NCBI RefSeq assembly: GCF_003335215.1 | Contig: NZ_QPGB01000002.1 | Span: 701,080 to 725,079 of the forward strand | Reading direction: 5' to 3' | DNA from: Parvibium lacunae | GTDB lineage: Bacteria; Pseudomonadota; Gammaproteobacteria; Burkholderiales; Burkholderiaceae_D | Length of the DNA stretch: 24,000 nucleotides | Shown here: positions 7,203 to 16,318 of the stretch, piece after piece | How the letters are laid out: each line of letters opens with the position of its first letter | How positions within the stretch are numbered: position 1 is the first letter of the stretch | Made by a program: the position numbers and the translations under genes | Notes under the pieces: model-generated | What the model was told of the DNA's origin: nothing | Databases searched by the model: none | Seen by the model: only the letters and a program-made list of their open reading frames with translations

Positions 7203-9299
7203 ATGTTTTCATCGCACTGGGCGAGCGTCAGGGCGCGGTCGTCGACTTCTATCGTAATTGGCCCGTCTCATCTCCCCTTAAACCCTGCCCTCATCGCACT
7301 CGCTGCTGCGCTCAGCCTGCCGCTGTGGTCAAGCCTGGCACAAGCAGAAGAGCCCGCTGCGCTGGGTGATATTGTGGTAAGTGCCAGCCCATTGAACAAT
7401 AAAGCGAATGCCTTGGCTGCCCCGGTAACGGTGCTAAGTGGTCAAAAGTTAGCGGCTGAGCGGCAATCCAGCCTGGGTGAAACCCTGGCCCGTGAAGTCG
7501 GTGTCAGCAGCAGCTATTTTGGCCCGAATGCCAGCCGGCCCGTTATTCGTGGGCTCGACGGCGAACGCCTGCGGATTCTGAGTAACGGCATGGGGTCGAA
7601 TGACGCCTCGGGCGCCAGCCAAGACCATGCCGTCACACTGGAGCCATTATTGTATGAGCGGGTTGAAATTCTCCGTGGCCCGGCGGCACTGCAATATGGC
7701 GGCGGGGCGATAGGTGGCGTCGTGAATGTGTTGGATGGGCGTATTCCCACCGAGAAAAATCTCGGGCTGGCAGGCGCGTATAGCACCCGCTATGGTGGTG
7801 CCGAGCGTGAGCGTAGCCAAGTGCTGCGGCTGGATAGCAGCAATGCTAGGGTCGGGCTGCATGCTGATGTCTATGATCGTCAAACAGCCGATCTGAAAAT
7901 TCCGGGTTATGTGCGCTCGGCAGCGCGGCGCATGAATGCCCCGCTGGCGGCGGGCGAAGAAGAGCGACGCGGCTCTCTCCCCAACAGTAGTTCTCATACG
8001 CGAGGTGGCGCGCTCGGGGCAACGGCCTTTTTTGACAAAGGCTATTTGGGGACCAGTGTTAGCGAATATCAGAGTAACTATGGCACCGTCGCTGAAGAAT
8101 CTGTTAGGATTGGGGTGCATCAATCGCGGCAAGACATCGTGGGGGAGTGGCGTGGCGATAGCTGGTTCGAGCGCTTACGCTTTAAGCACAGTGAGAATGA
8201 TTACCGCCATACTGAGTATGAAGACAACACGCCGGGGACCTATTTCAAAAATCGCGGGCGTGAGACACGACTCGACATTCAACATGCCCCTATTGGTCGA
8301 TTACGTGGCAGTTTTGGGATTTCACAGCAGCGCTTCTCCTTTTCTGCGCTGGGGGAAGAAGCCTACTTACCCACCACCCGCAACGAAAATCAAGCACTCT
8401 ATCTTTACGAAGAATGGACTTTGGGTGCGCTGAAACTCCACGGAGGGCTGCGACAAGAGTATTCCCGGGTGCGCAGTGAAAGCAGTGAAAACCCGAACTT
8501 TGGGGCGGGGGAAAGTCGAAATTTCAAGCCATTTAGCCAAGCAGTGGGCGCCAACTGGCAAGTGATTCCAGGCTATATACTCACCAGCAATTATGCGATA
8601 AGCCAGCGTGCGCCAAATTACCAAGAGCTGTTTGCGAATGGTCCTCACGTCGCCACCAATGCTTGGGAAATCGGCAACCGACAACTGGGTATCGAGCGTG
8701 GGCGCGCCTGGGATCTGGGCTTGCGAAAAACCCAAGGAGTCGTTACCGGCAGTGTGACTGTATTTGAACAACGATTCGATCAATATATCGCGTTGATCGG
8801 GAATGGCAATGTCAACCTCTCGGGGCCTGACCCCCTGGATGAGTTCGTTTACCAGGGCGTTCGTGCCCGTTTCCGTGGGGCCGAACTAGAAAGCCGCTGG
8901 CGTATCTTGAACCGGCAACCGACCACGCTCGACCTGGAATGGCGTGCCGATACAGTGAAAGCGACCAATACAAGCAGCGGCGAACCCCTGCCTCGTATCG
9001 CCCCCAGCCGGCAGATGGTTAGCGTGGTGTATCGTGGAATACCTTATAGCAGCCGTCTGGATATTCAGAAAGTGCAAGGGCAGGGGCAAATCGCGCCCAA
9101 TGAACTGCCCACCGCAGGCTATTGGCTGGTGAATGCTTACAGCAGCTACCGCACCTCGATCAATGGCCTGGATTGGGAGTGGTTTATTCGTTTTAACAAC
9201 CTCCTGAATCAGGATATTCGTTACCACAGCGCGTTTCTGAAGGACCAAGCGCCATTAGGTAAGCGCAGTGCCTTAATCGGCGGGACGATCCGCTTTTAA
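7203..9299 (+). CDS. TonB-dependent outer-membrane receptor, probably for metal (Zn-type) uptake by context
   Basis: A signal peptide ends ..SLAQAEEP and the TonB box is GDIVVSASP. Plug motifs are RPVIRGLDGERLRILSNG and VEILRGPAALQYGGGAIGGVVNV. A long beta-barrel ends in a terminal ..IRF. Confidence 0.85.
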   Translation: MFSSHWASVRARSSTSIVIGPSHLPLNPALIALAAALSLPLWSSLAQAEEPAALGDIVVSASPLNNKANALAAPVTVLSGQKLAAERQSSLGETLAREVGVSSSYFGPNASRPVIRGLDGERLRILSNGMGSNDASGASQDHAVTLEPLLYERVEILRGPAALQYGGGAIGGVVNVLDGRIPTEKNLGLAGAYSTRYGGAERERSQVLRLDSSNARVGLHADVYDRQTADLKIPGYVRSAARRMNAPLAAGEEERRGSLPNSSSHTRGGALGATAFFDKGYLGTSVSEYQSNYGTVAEESVRIGVHQSRQDIVGEWRGDSWFERLRFKHSENDYRHTEYEDNTPGTYFKNRGRETRLDIQHAPIGRLRGSFGISQQRFSFSALGEEAYLPTTRNENQALYLYEEWTLGALKLHGGLRQEYSRVRSESSENPNFGAGESRNFKPFSQAVGANWQVIPGYILTSNYAISQRAPNYQELFANGPHVATNAWEIGNRQLGIERGRAWDLGLRKTQGVVTGSVTVFEQRFDQYIALIGNGNVNLSGPDPLDEFVYQGVRARFRGAELESRWRILNRQPTTLDLEWRADTVKATNTSSGEPLPRIAPSRQMVSVVYRGIPYSSRLDIQKVQGQGQIAPNELPTAGYWLVNAYSSYRTSINGLDWEWFIRFNNLLNQDIRYHSAFLKDQAPLGKRSALIGGTIRF

Positions 9300-9417
9300 C
9301 CCGAAAGGATGCGCATGGGTCAGCTAAAGCTTGGTGCAAACACCACATCTGCAGCAATCCCATGCGCCTGGCACGGGTAATTCACCTGGTCGCTTAAGCT
9401 TTTGCTGTCTCAAGCCG

Positions 9418-9423
9418 TATAAT
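9418..9423 (+). promoter_or_regulatory. Candidate -10 hexamer for the STAS-protein gene
   Basis: A perfect TATAAT lies about 70 nt upstream of the GTG at 9494. Only a weak -35 is present (TTAAGC, 19-nt spacing). Confidence 0.3.
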
Positions 9424-9493
9424 AGCTAGGTAGAAATGCTATTGATTTGTCGGATTGCAGCCAAGCAATAGAACAAGACAACTGGAGACTAGG

Positions 9494-11098
9494 GTGATTT
9501 TTTCGTTATTCGGTAAGTCAAGTAAACCTGACGCATCGAAAAATGAGGTTCCAGGCAAAGCGGAAGCCAATTCAAAAACCTCAGACCGCCGCGATAAACC
9601 GTTACCGAGCCATGGTAGCGAGGGGCGTGCGCAAGAAAAACGCAGCATTCGCAGCCCGGAGAGTGCCAGCCGCAGTAGCACAAGCAGCAGCAACCGCAGC
9701 AGCAGCAGTAGCGCCAGTGGCAGCAGTTCGAAACGAACCAGACCCAGCGTCAGCCCGGAAGTACAGCGCGAGCTAGCACTCGCAACGAAAGCGAAAATCG
9801 ATGCCATTGAATCGGAAATGGCCTTGGATTTCGGTGCCGCCCCACCGCCGCCACCAAAAACCCCTGCCCCACTGACTCCGCCAGTGAAGAATGCTGGCAA
9901 AGAGGGCGTTTTGGCGATGCCAACAAAGAAAGATATTAATGCGGTCAAGCTAGAACACTCCTCGACCCTGCCGCCGCTTGATGCGACCACTTCCATTATT
10001 TTGGGCGATGAAACCGGCGCGCTGTCGGTAGAAATTAGCACCACTGAAGTGGCTCCTATTGTTGAAGAGGTCGCCATTCTGTATGCGAACGGCCAGTCAC
10101 TGGCTGCGTCAATGGCCTTGGCGGGTGCCCTTAAACAAGACGATATCGGGCCGTCGACCATGCAGGCCTGGTTTATGTTGTTTGATCTCTATCACCTGAT
10201 GGGGAAGCGGGCTGACTTTGAAGGTCTTGCGATCGATTTTGTCAGCAAATTTGAAATCTCGCCGCCCGCCTGGGATGCCGGCAGTGCCGTTACCGAAACA
10301 CCCGTCACCCCTGGCCCTGTGGTCAAGCCGGGGCAAGCCGTCGTTATCGCCGCGCTGGACGAGAAAATTGATACCGTGGTCAGCCAACTCGTGTCCCTCG
10401 CCGAGAAGCAGCCGCAACAGACACTCGATTTTTCGCAGCTTGGGAATGTGACCTTTGAAGGATGTCAGTCACTCTTGGGCTTTCTGCGGCAAGTGGCTAA
10501 AAATGGGCGTCCTGAATTGCAGTTACTGGGGCTGCCCGCGCTCTTAGCGAAGTTATTAGAAACGGTTGAGACTGGACGCCGTGACCCCCTCGAATCAGGG
10601 TGGATGTTGCTGCTTGAGGTCTATCGTATTCTCAATCAACAAGCCGAATTTGAAGAAGCGAGTATTAACTATTGCATCACCTACGAGGTTTCTCCTCCAT
10701 CTTGGGAAACCCCAGTCGGACACATTCGGGTTGGTCAAGGGGCGGCAGCAAGTCAAGCAGAACCCGCCGCTACGCCCGCCAATGAAACCGCGCCTGAGGC
10801 AGCCGCGCCCACTAAATGGGGCCAGAGTTTTAGCTTGAGTGGCGAATTAGAAGGCAATGCAGAGGTAGAGCTATCCGGCCTGATGACCTACGCAGAAACC
10901 AATGCACGTGTCTCGATTGATTGCCGCAACCTGCGGCGGGTTGACTTTACCGCCGCCGGTGCGCTGTTAAATGCCCTCGTCGGCTTGCAAGCCAGTGGCC
11001 GAAAAGTTGAGTTTTTTGACTTGAATCATCTGGTAGCGGCCCTATTTATCGTGATGGGCATCCATCAATTCGCTGCGCTTAATCTGCGCAAGCTTTAA
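9494..11098 (+). CDS. Hypothetical protein with a disordered Ser/Arg/Pro-rich N-terminal region and a duplicated helical-plus-STAS module
   Basis: GGAGA lies 6 nt before the GTG at 9494 (VIFSLFGKSSK...). The TTG at 9455 is the ORF-track alternative. The C-terminal about 90 aa (VSIDCRNLRRVDFTAAGALLNALVGLQASGRKVEFFDLNHLVAALFIVMG) look like a STAS / anti-sigma-antagonist fold. An earlier STAS-like segment is TLDFSQLGNVTFEGCQSLLGFLRQVAKNGRPELQLLGLPALLAKLLE. Confidence 0.65.
   Translation: MIFSLFGKSSKPDASKNEVPGKAEANSKTSDRRDKPLPSHGSEGRAQEKRSIRSPESASRSSTSSSNRSSSSSASGSSSKRTRPSVSPEVQRELALATKAKIDAIESEMALDFGAAPPPPPKTPAPLTPPVKNAGKEGVLAMPTKKDINAVKLEHSSTLPPLDATTSIILGDETGALSVEISTTEVAPIVEEVAILYANGQSLAASMALAGALKQDDIGPSTMQAWFMLFDLYHLMGKRADFEGLAIDFVSKFEISPPAWDAGSAVTETPVTPGPVVKPGQAVVIAALDEKIDTVVSQLVSLAEKQPQQTLDFSQLGNVTFEGCQSLLGFLRQVAKNGRPELQLLGLPALLAKLLETVETGRRDPLESGWMLLLEVYRILNQQAEFEEASINYCITYEVSPPSWETPVGHIRVGQGAAASQAEPAATPANETAPEAAAPTKWGQSFSLSGELEGNAEVELSGLMTYAETNARVSIDCRNLRRVDFTAAGALLNALVGLQASGRKVEFFDLNHLVAALFIVMGIHQFAALNLRKL
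9653..9730 (+). repeat. Ser-rich coding low-complexity tract with short AGC/AGT trinucleotide runs
   Basis: It encodes SPESASRSSTSSSNRSSSSSASGSSS. The DNA has runs such as agcagcagcaac and cgcagcagcagcagtagc. Confidence 0.6.
11020..11047 (+). promoter_or_regulatory. Sigma32 (heat-shock) type promoter for hslVU, embedded in the 3' end of the upstream CDS
   Basis: CTTGAAT (11020-11026), a 13-nt spacer, then CCCTATTT (11040-11047). The consensus is CTTGAAA-N13-15-CCCCATNT. It lies about 123 nt upstream of the hslV ATG. Confidence 0.45.
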
Positions 11099-11170
11099 TG
11101 CGAACACATTAAGTCCGCCTGATTGCTGCCCAAGCCGCAATCCACTCATCGACTCAGCATAGGAAACATC

Positions 11171-11707
11171 ATGGAACAGTATCACGGCACGACGATTTTG
11201 TCGGTCCGACGTGGCCAGCAAGTTGCGCTGGGGGGAGATGGCCAGGTAACGCTTGGGCATATCGTCGTTAAAGCCACCGCACGCAAAGTGAGGCGGCTTT
11301 ACCAGGACAAAGTGTTGGCAGGATTCGCGGGTGGAACGGCGGATGCTTTTACCTTATTTGAACGCTTCGAGGCCAAACTGGATAAGCACCAAGGGCATTT
11401 ATTGCGCAGCGCGGTTGAGTTAGCCAAAGATTGGCGCACGGATCGTTTATTGCGGCGCTTAGAGGCCATGCTGGCGGTGGCTGATCGGCAGTATTCGCTG
11501 ATCATTACGGGGAATGGCGATGTCTTGGAGCCCGAACAAGGGCTGGTGGCGATTGGTAGTGGCGGCGCCTATGCCCAAGCCGCAGCCCGCGCCTTGCTGG
11601 AAGAAACCACGCTCAGCCCCGCCGAGATTATCAAAAAGTCACTCACGATTGCCGGTGATTTGTGTATCTACACCAATCAGCAGCATTTAATCGAAACGCT
11701 GGATTAA
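11171..11707 (+). CDS. hslV: ATP-dependent protease subunit HslV
   Basis: [29 protein letters not shown], then [10 protein letters not shown] and GSGG.YA blocks. AGGAAA Shine-Dalgarno lies upstream. The gene is directly followed by hslU. Confidence 0.9.
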   Translation: MEQYHGTTILSVRRGQQVALGGDGQVTLGHIVVKATARKVRRLYQDKVLAGFAGGTADAFTLFERFEAKLDKHQGHLLRSAVELAKDWRTDRLLRRLEAMLAVADRQYSLIITGNGDVLEPEQGLVAIGSGGAYAQAAARALLEETTLSPAEIIKKSLTIAGDLCIYTNQQHLIETLD

Positions 11708-11768
11708 TCGCACTGACAGATCAACCGGGTGCGCCGCACGCGCCGCGCCCCTCACCAACGACCAGACA

Positions 11769-13124
11769 ATGACACAATTAACCCCGCACGAGATTGTTTC
11801 AGAACTCGACAAACACATTATTGGCCAAACACGAGCAAAACAAGCTGTGGCAATTGCCCTACGCAATCGCTGGCGGCGACAGCAGGTTGCCGAACCCTTA
11901 CGCCACGAAATCACCCCAAAAAATATTCTGATGATTGGTCCAACCGGGGTTGGGAAAACGGAAATCGCCCGGCGCTTAGCGAAACTGTCGCATGCCCCTT
12001 TCATCAAGGTTGAGGCAACCAAATTTACCGAGGTTGGGTATGTTGGCCGTGATGTCGATACGATTATTCGCGACCTCGCGGAGATTGCGATCAAACAAGC
12101 CCGCGAACAGGCTATCAAGCGTGTTCGGAGCCTGGCGGAAGACGCCGCTGAGGACAGAATTTTAGATGTGCTGGTGCCACCGCCAGTGCGCAATAGCGGG
12201 TTTGGCTTTGCTCATGACACCGACAACGCCACAAGCCCGGACACAAAAGACAACACAGCGCGCCAAGTGTTTCGCAAAAAGCTGCGCGAGGGCGCACTGG
12301 ATGACAAGGAGATCGATATCGAGGTCGCTGCCCCTGTCGCGCAAATGGAAGTACTAGCCCCACCGGGCATGGAAGAATTGACACAGCAAATTCAAGGCCT
12401 ATTTCATCAAATTGGCCAAGGTAAAACCAAGACCCGTAAACTCAAGATCCGTGAGGCCTTGAAACAATTGATTGATGAGGAGGCGAGTAAACTCATTAAT
12501 GATGAGGAAGTGAAACTCGCTGCTCTACAAAGCGTCGAGCAGAACGGGATCGTCTTTATTGATGAGTTTGACAAAATTACCAGCCGCCACGAGCAAGGTG
12601 CCGAAGTTTCTCGCCAGGGGGTGCAACGTGATTTGTTACCTTTGGTTGAGGGAACGGCGGTCAACACCAAATACGGGGTGATCAAAACCGACCATATTCT
12701 GTTTATTGCGAGTGGGGCGTTTCACCTCGCCAAACCCAGCGATTTGATCCCCGAGTTGCAGGGGCGCTTCCCAATCCGCGTGGAACTGGATTCACTATCA
12801 ATTGAAGATTTTCAACACATTCTGACCAAAACAGATGCCTGTCTCACCAAACAGTATGCGGCCCTGCTTGCGACTGAAGGCGTAACGCTCACGTTTACTC
12901 CTTCAGGGGTGGCGCAACTGGCCGAGATTGCCCATAGCGTCAATGAAAAAACCGAGAACATTGGCGCACGGCGGCTATATACCGTGATGGAAAAGCTGCT
13001 CGAGGCGGTGTCGTTCAGTGCCGAACAGCACACCGGCACGACCTATGAGATTGATGCTGACTTCGTGCGTGGGCGTTTGGCAGACCTGGTCCAAAACGAG
13101 GACTTATCGCGCTATGTTCTGTAA
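11769..13124 (+). CDS. hslU: ATP-dependent protease ATPase subunit HslU
   Basis: [16 protein letters not shown], Walker [37 protein letters not shown] and [12 protein letters not shown], with the I-domain insertion. Full length, 451 aa. Confidence 0.95.
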   Translation: MTQLTPHEIVSELDKHIIGQTRAKQAVAIALRNRWRRQQVAEPLRHEITPKNILMIGPTGVGKTEIARRLAKLSHAPFIKVEATKFTEVGYVGRDVDTIIRDLAEIAIKQAREQAIKRVRSLAEDAAEDRILDVLVPPPVRNSGFGFAHDTDNATSPDTKDNTARQVFRKKLREGALDDKEIDIEVAAPVAQMEVLAPPGMEELTQQIQGLFHQIGQGKTKTRKLKIREALKQLIDEEASKLINDEEVKLAALQSVEQNGIVFIDEFDKITSRHEQGAEVSRQGVQRDLLPLVEGTAVNTKYGVIKTDHILFIASGAFHLAKPSDLIPELQGRFPIRVELDSLSIEDFQHILTKTDACLTKQYAALLATEGVTLTFTPSGVAQLAEIAHSVNEKTENIGARRLYTVMEKLLEAVSFSAEQHTGTTYEIDADFVRGRLADLVQNEDLSRYVL

Positions 13125-13128
13125 GCAC

Positions 13129-13149
13129 TGGGCAGGCTAGGCCCGCCCA
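13129..13149. terminator. GC-rich hairpin between convergent hslU and the symporter, a possible bidirectional terminator
   Basis: TGGGCAGGC-TAG-GCCCGCCCA forms 8 of 9 pairs with a 3-nt loop. No clear U-tract follows on either side. Confidence 0.3.
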
Positions 13150-13154
13150 AGCGC

Positions 13155-14689
13155 TTATTGTTGATCGCCCGTGGATGGCCCTGCCGCTGCTTGCGGCGAA
13201 CCAGCGTTGGCCGCTGCATGGTGCAAAGAAGCCGTAGGGTGGGCATAGTGATGGTGATGCAAGGGATGGTGTGGCGGCTTTGAATGCGCTGCAATCCACT
13301 GCGGTAATAACGACCCAAGCACCATACCGAGGATGGCGACGGCTAACCCAATGAGCTGGGGCAGCCAAATATCGCTAGGTTGAAACACCTCACACAGGAT
13401 CCAGGTTAAGAGGCCGCCCACAATGCCCATCAGCGCGCCCTGTGTAGTCGCCCGCTTCCAGTACAAACCGCACAACAACGGAATAAATGCCGCAACCAGG
13501 GTGACCTTATAGGCACTCTCAACCATTTTATGGATAGAGGAATCGGTGTGCAGGGCAAACGCCAGGACACACAAGGTAAAGATCACCAATGTCCCACGCA
13601 TCACCCGCAAGAACGTTTATCCCGCATGTTTGGGAAAAATCCTTTGATGATGTTCTCCGAAAACGTGACGGAGGGCGCTAACAGCGTGGCCGACGAGCAG
13701 CTCATGATGGCAGAGAGCAAGGCCCCAAAGAAAATAATTTGCGCATAGACAGGCGTGTGTTCGAGAATCAGCACCGGCAGGACCTTCTGTGAATCTTCCT
13801 GCACCAACACCCCAAATTTAACAGGATCAATCAAGATCGCGGAAAATGCCAGCAACATGGGAACAAAAGCAAACAGAAAATATAAAGAGCCGCCCAGCAC
13901 AGAGCCGCGCACAGCCGTATCTTCATCTTTCGCCGACGTCATCCGTTGAAATACATCTTGCTGTGGAATGGAACCCAGCATCATCGTCAGCCACACCCCA
14001 ATAAAGGGCACCCACAGTTCCCATCCGCCGCTCGGCCAGAAATCAAACTTCCCTTGTGCCGCAGCCTGCGCCAGGACGTTACCCATGCCGCCGGTCTGAT
14101 CGCTGATCAAGATGGCGATAAATCCCATCCCCAGCATGATCACAATCATTTGCACAAAATCCAGCGCCGCGACCGACAACATACCGCCAAAGGTGGTGTA
14201 GGTTAGAACAATCGCGGCACCAATAATCATGCCTAGCTCTTGTGACACTGCCTCTTCGGTAATAATGTTAAAGACGAGCCCCAGGGCTTTGATCTGCGCG
14301 GAGACCCAACCCAAATAAGAAATCACAATACAAATGGTGCAGAGGATTTCAACTCCCCGGTTGTAACGCAAACGGAAATAGTCGCCAATCGTTAACAGAT
14401 TGAGTCGATAGAGTTTCCGCGCAAAAAAGAGGCCCGCCAAAATCAAGCACATACTGGCACCGAAGGGATCTGATGCGGTGCCATGCAAGCCCTCTTTGAC
14501 AAAAGTAGCAGAAACACCCAACACCGTCTCCGCCCCAAACCAAGTTGCAAAGACCGTTGCGGTGACCACCGGCAAGGGTAAATGGCGGCCAGCAACCGCA
14601 AAATCTTTGGTATTTTTTACCCGTGTGGCGGCGGCCAGGCCAATCCCGACCGAGATCAATAAATATAAAATTACGAACCAAATTAACAT
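13155..14689 (-). pseudogene. Sodium:solute symporter family (SSF/SLC5-like) transporter split by a -1 frameshift (pseudogene or homopolymer sequencing error)
   Basis: Two same-strand ORFs (14689..13601 and 13610..13155) together form one multi-TM SSF protein. Motifs include FAVAGRHLP, ATWFGAETVLG and YWKRAT. The frame changes at coding-strand GATAAACG (plus-strand TTT at 13616-13618). Adding one A restores ...NMRDKTFLRVMRGTLVIF..., a protein of about 511 aa. Confidence 0.7.
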
Positions 14690-14716
14690 AGCGACGCTCT
14701 ATCTTAGAAAAAGAGA

Positions 14717-16318
14717 CTACGGCATCGTAGCCAAATAAGAGAGAAGACGAACCACCCCATACGTTGCAACCGCAAGCACCAAGGTCAAACTAACAACGCT
14801 ACCAATCAACGCCAGAGTGAGCCGCCGATTGCGCCGTTGCTCTTTCAGTACCTGCCGCAGCAATAGGTCTTGTGATGACGCTGCGGTAGCGGGCTGCAAG
14901 GCCTGATGCAGTAAGCGAGGTAACTGCGGCAATAATTTGCTCCAGTACGCTGACTCATGGCGGATACGCTGGGAAAACCCGCGCCAGCCGATCTGTTCAT
15001 TCATCCAACGCTCCAGAAACGGCTTGGCCGTTTTCCATAAATCCAGATCGGGGTCGAGCTGTCGCCCCAACCCCTCAATATTTAGCAAGGTTTTTTGGAG
15101 CAGAACCAATTGCGGCTGAATCTCAACATTAAACCGACGTGAAGTTTGAAATAAACGCAAAAGGACCTGACCAAAGGAAATCTCTTTTAGCGGACGATCA
15201 AAAATAGGCTCGCAACATGCACGAACGGCTGCTTCCAGTTCATCAACACGGGTATCGGCAGGCACCCAGCCGGATTCAATGTGGGCTTCGGCAACACGCT
15301 TGTAGTCGCGCCGAAAAAAAGCCAGAAAATTTTGCGCCAGGTAATCTTTATCAAATTCGGTGAGCGTTCCGACAATACCAAAATCAAGCGCAATATAACG
15401 CCCTCGATGCGGGCCACGATCCGCGACATAGATATTGCCAGGATGCATATCTGCATGAAAAAAACCATCTCGAAACACCTGCGTAAAAAAGATCTCAACG
15501 CCATCTCGTGACAACCGCTGTAAATCAATCCCTTCACTGCGTAAGCGCTCAATCTGACCGATTGGAATCCCATGCATGCGCTCCATCGTGAGCACTTCGC
15601 TGGTGGTGTAATCCCAGAATATTTCAGGCACTTGCAATAAATCAGCGCCTTGAAAATTACGTCTGAGTTGGCTGGCATTGGCGGCCTCCCGCACCAAATC
15701 CAATTCATCATGGAGATGTTTATCAAATTCAGCGACCACTTCACGCGGCTTCAAGCGCTTGCCATCCGCCCAGATCTTTTCAATCAAACGCGCGGCGACT
15801 TTGAGTAAGGCCAAGTCATGCTCAATGATCTGCAACATGCCTGGGCGCAGCACTTTGATGGCGACATCGCGGCCTGCATTTGGCCCATGCTTGATGCGGC
15901 CAAAATGAACCTGCGCGATCGAGGCACTGGCGACTGGCGTCGGATCAAAATCGGCAAATAAGGTCTCTGGTGGTTGGCCGAGTGCCCGTTCGATTTGGGC
16001 CACGGCAAGCGAGCTGGCAAAGGGCGGTACCTGATCTTGTAAACGGGCCAATTCATCGGCGATATCAGGCGGCAGTAAATCTCGGCGGGTTGAAAGGACT
16101 TGGCCAAACTTCACAAAAATAGGGCCTAAACTTTCCAGTGCGAGCCTTAAGCGTTGGCCTCTTGGGCCGCACTGGTTCTGCCAATATCCCAACACAGCCA
16201 ACCCCCGACGCAACCAGCTTGGTCGGGTTTGTGCAGCAACGAATTCCAACAGACCAAAACGCAGCAAGGTCGTTAAAATTTTGCTGAGCCGTAAGGCGTT
16301 ACCAAGCCACTCTTTCAC
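14717..16318 (-). CDS. ubiB: Ubiquinone biosynthesis regulatory protein kinase UbiB (ABC1/ADCK family)
   Basis: [49 protein letters not shown] and [11 protein letters not shown] blocks, with C-terminal TM helices. The GTG start overlaps the ubiJ stop (GTGA at 16315-16318). Confidence 0.9.
   Translation of the reverse strand: MKEWLGNALRLSKILTTLLRFGLLEFVAAQTRPSWLRRGLAVLGYWQNQCGPRGQRLRLALESLGPIFVKFGQVLSTRRDLLPPDIADELARLQDQVPPFASSLAVAQIERALGQPPETLFADFDPTPVASASIAQVHFGRIKHGPNAGRDVAIKVLRPGMLQIIEHDLALLKVAARLIEKIWADGKRLKPREVVAEFDKHLHDELDLVREAANASQLRRNFQGADLLQVPEIFWDYTTSEVLTMERMHGIPIGQIERLRSEGIDLQRLSRDGVEIFFTQVFRDGFFHADMHPGNIYVADRGPHRGRYIALDFGIVGTLTEFDKDYLAQNFLAFFRRDYKRVAEAHIESGWVPADTRVDELEAAVRACCEPIFDRPLKEISFGQVLLRLFQTSRRFNVEIQPQLVLLQKTLLNIEGLGRQLDPDLDLWKTAKPFLERWMNEQIGWRGFSQRIRHESAYWSKLLPQLPRLLHQALQPATAASSQDLLLRQVLKEQRRNRRLTLALIGSVVSLTLVLAVATYGVVRLLSYLATMP

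Noticed and set aside
9439-10161. 240-aa minus-strand ORF antisense to the 5' half of the STAS-protein gene
   Set aside because: It lies wholly within the low-complexity Ser/Arg/Pro-coding region of the plus-strand gene. Its own translation is low complexity (LLLLRLLLLVLL, GGGGG). It has no start context or recognisable domain, so it is a shadow ORF.
15187-15744. 185-aa same-strand alternative-frame ORF inside ubiB, and similar internal ORFs in hslU, xerC, the TonB receptor and TpsB
   Set aside because: All are nested within strongly supported genes and have no motifs. They are typical frame shadows in moderately GC-rich DNA.
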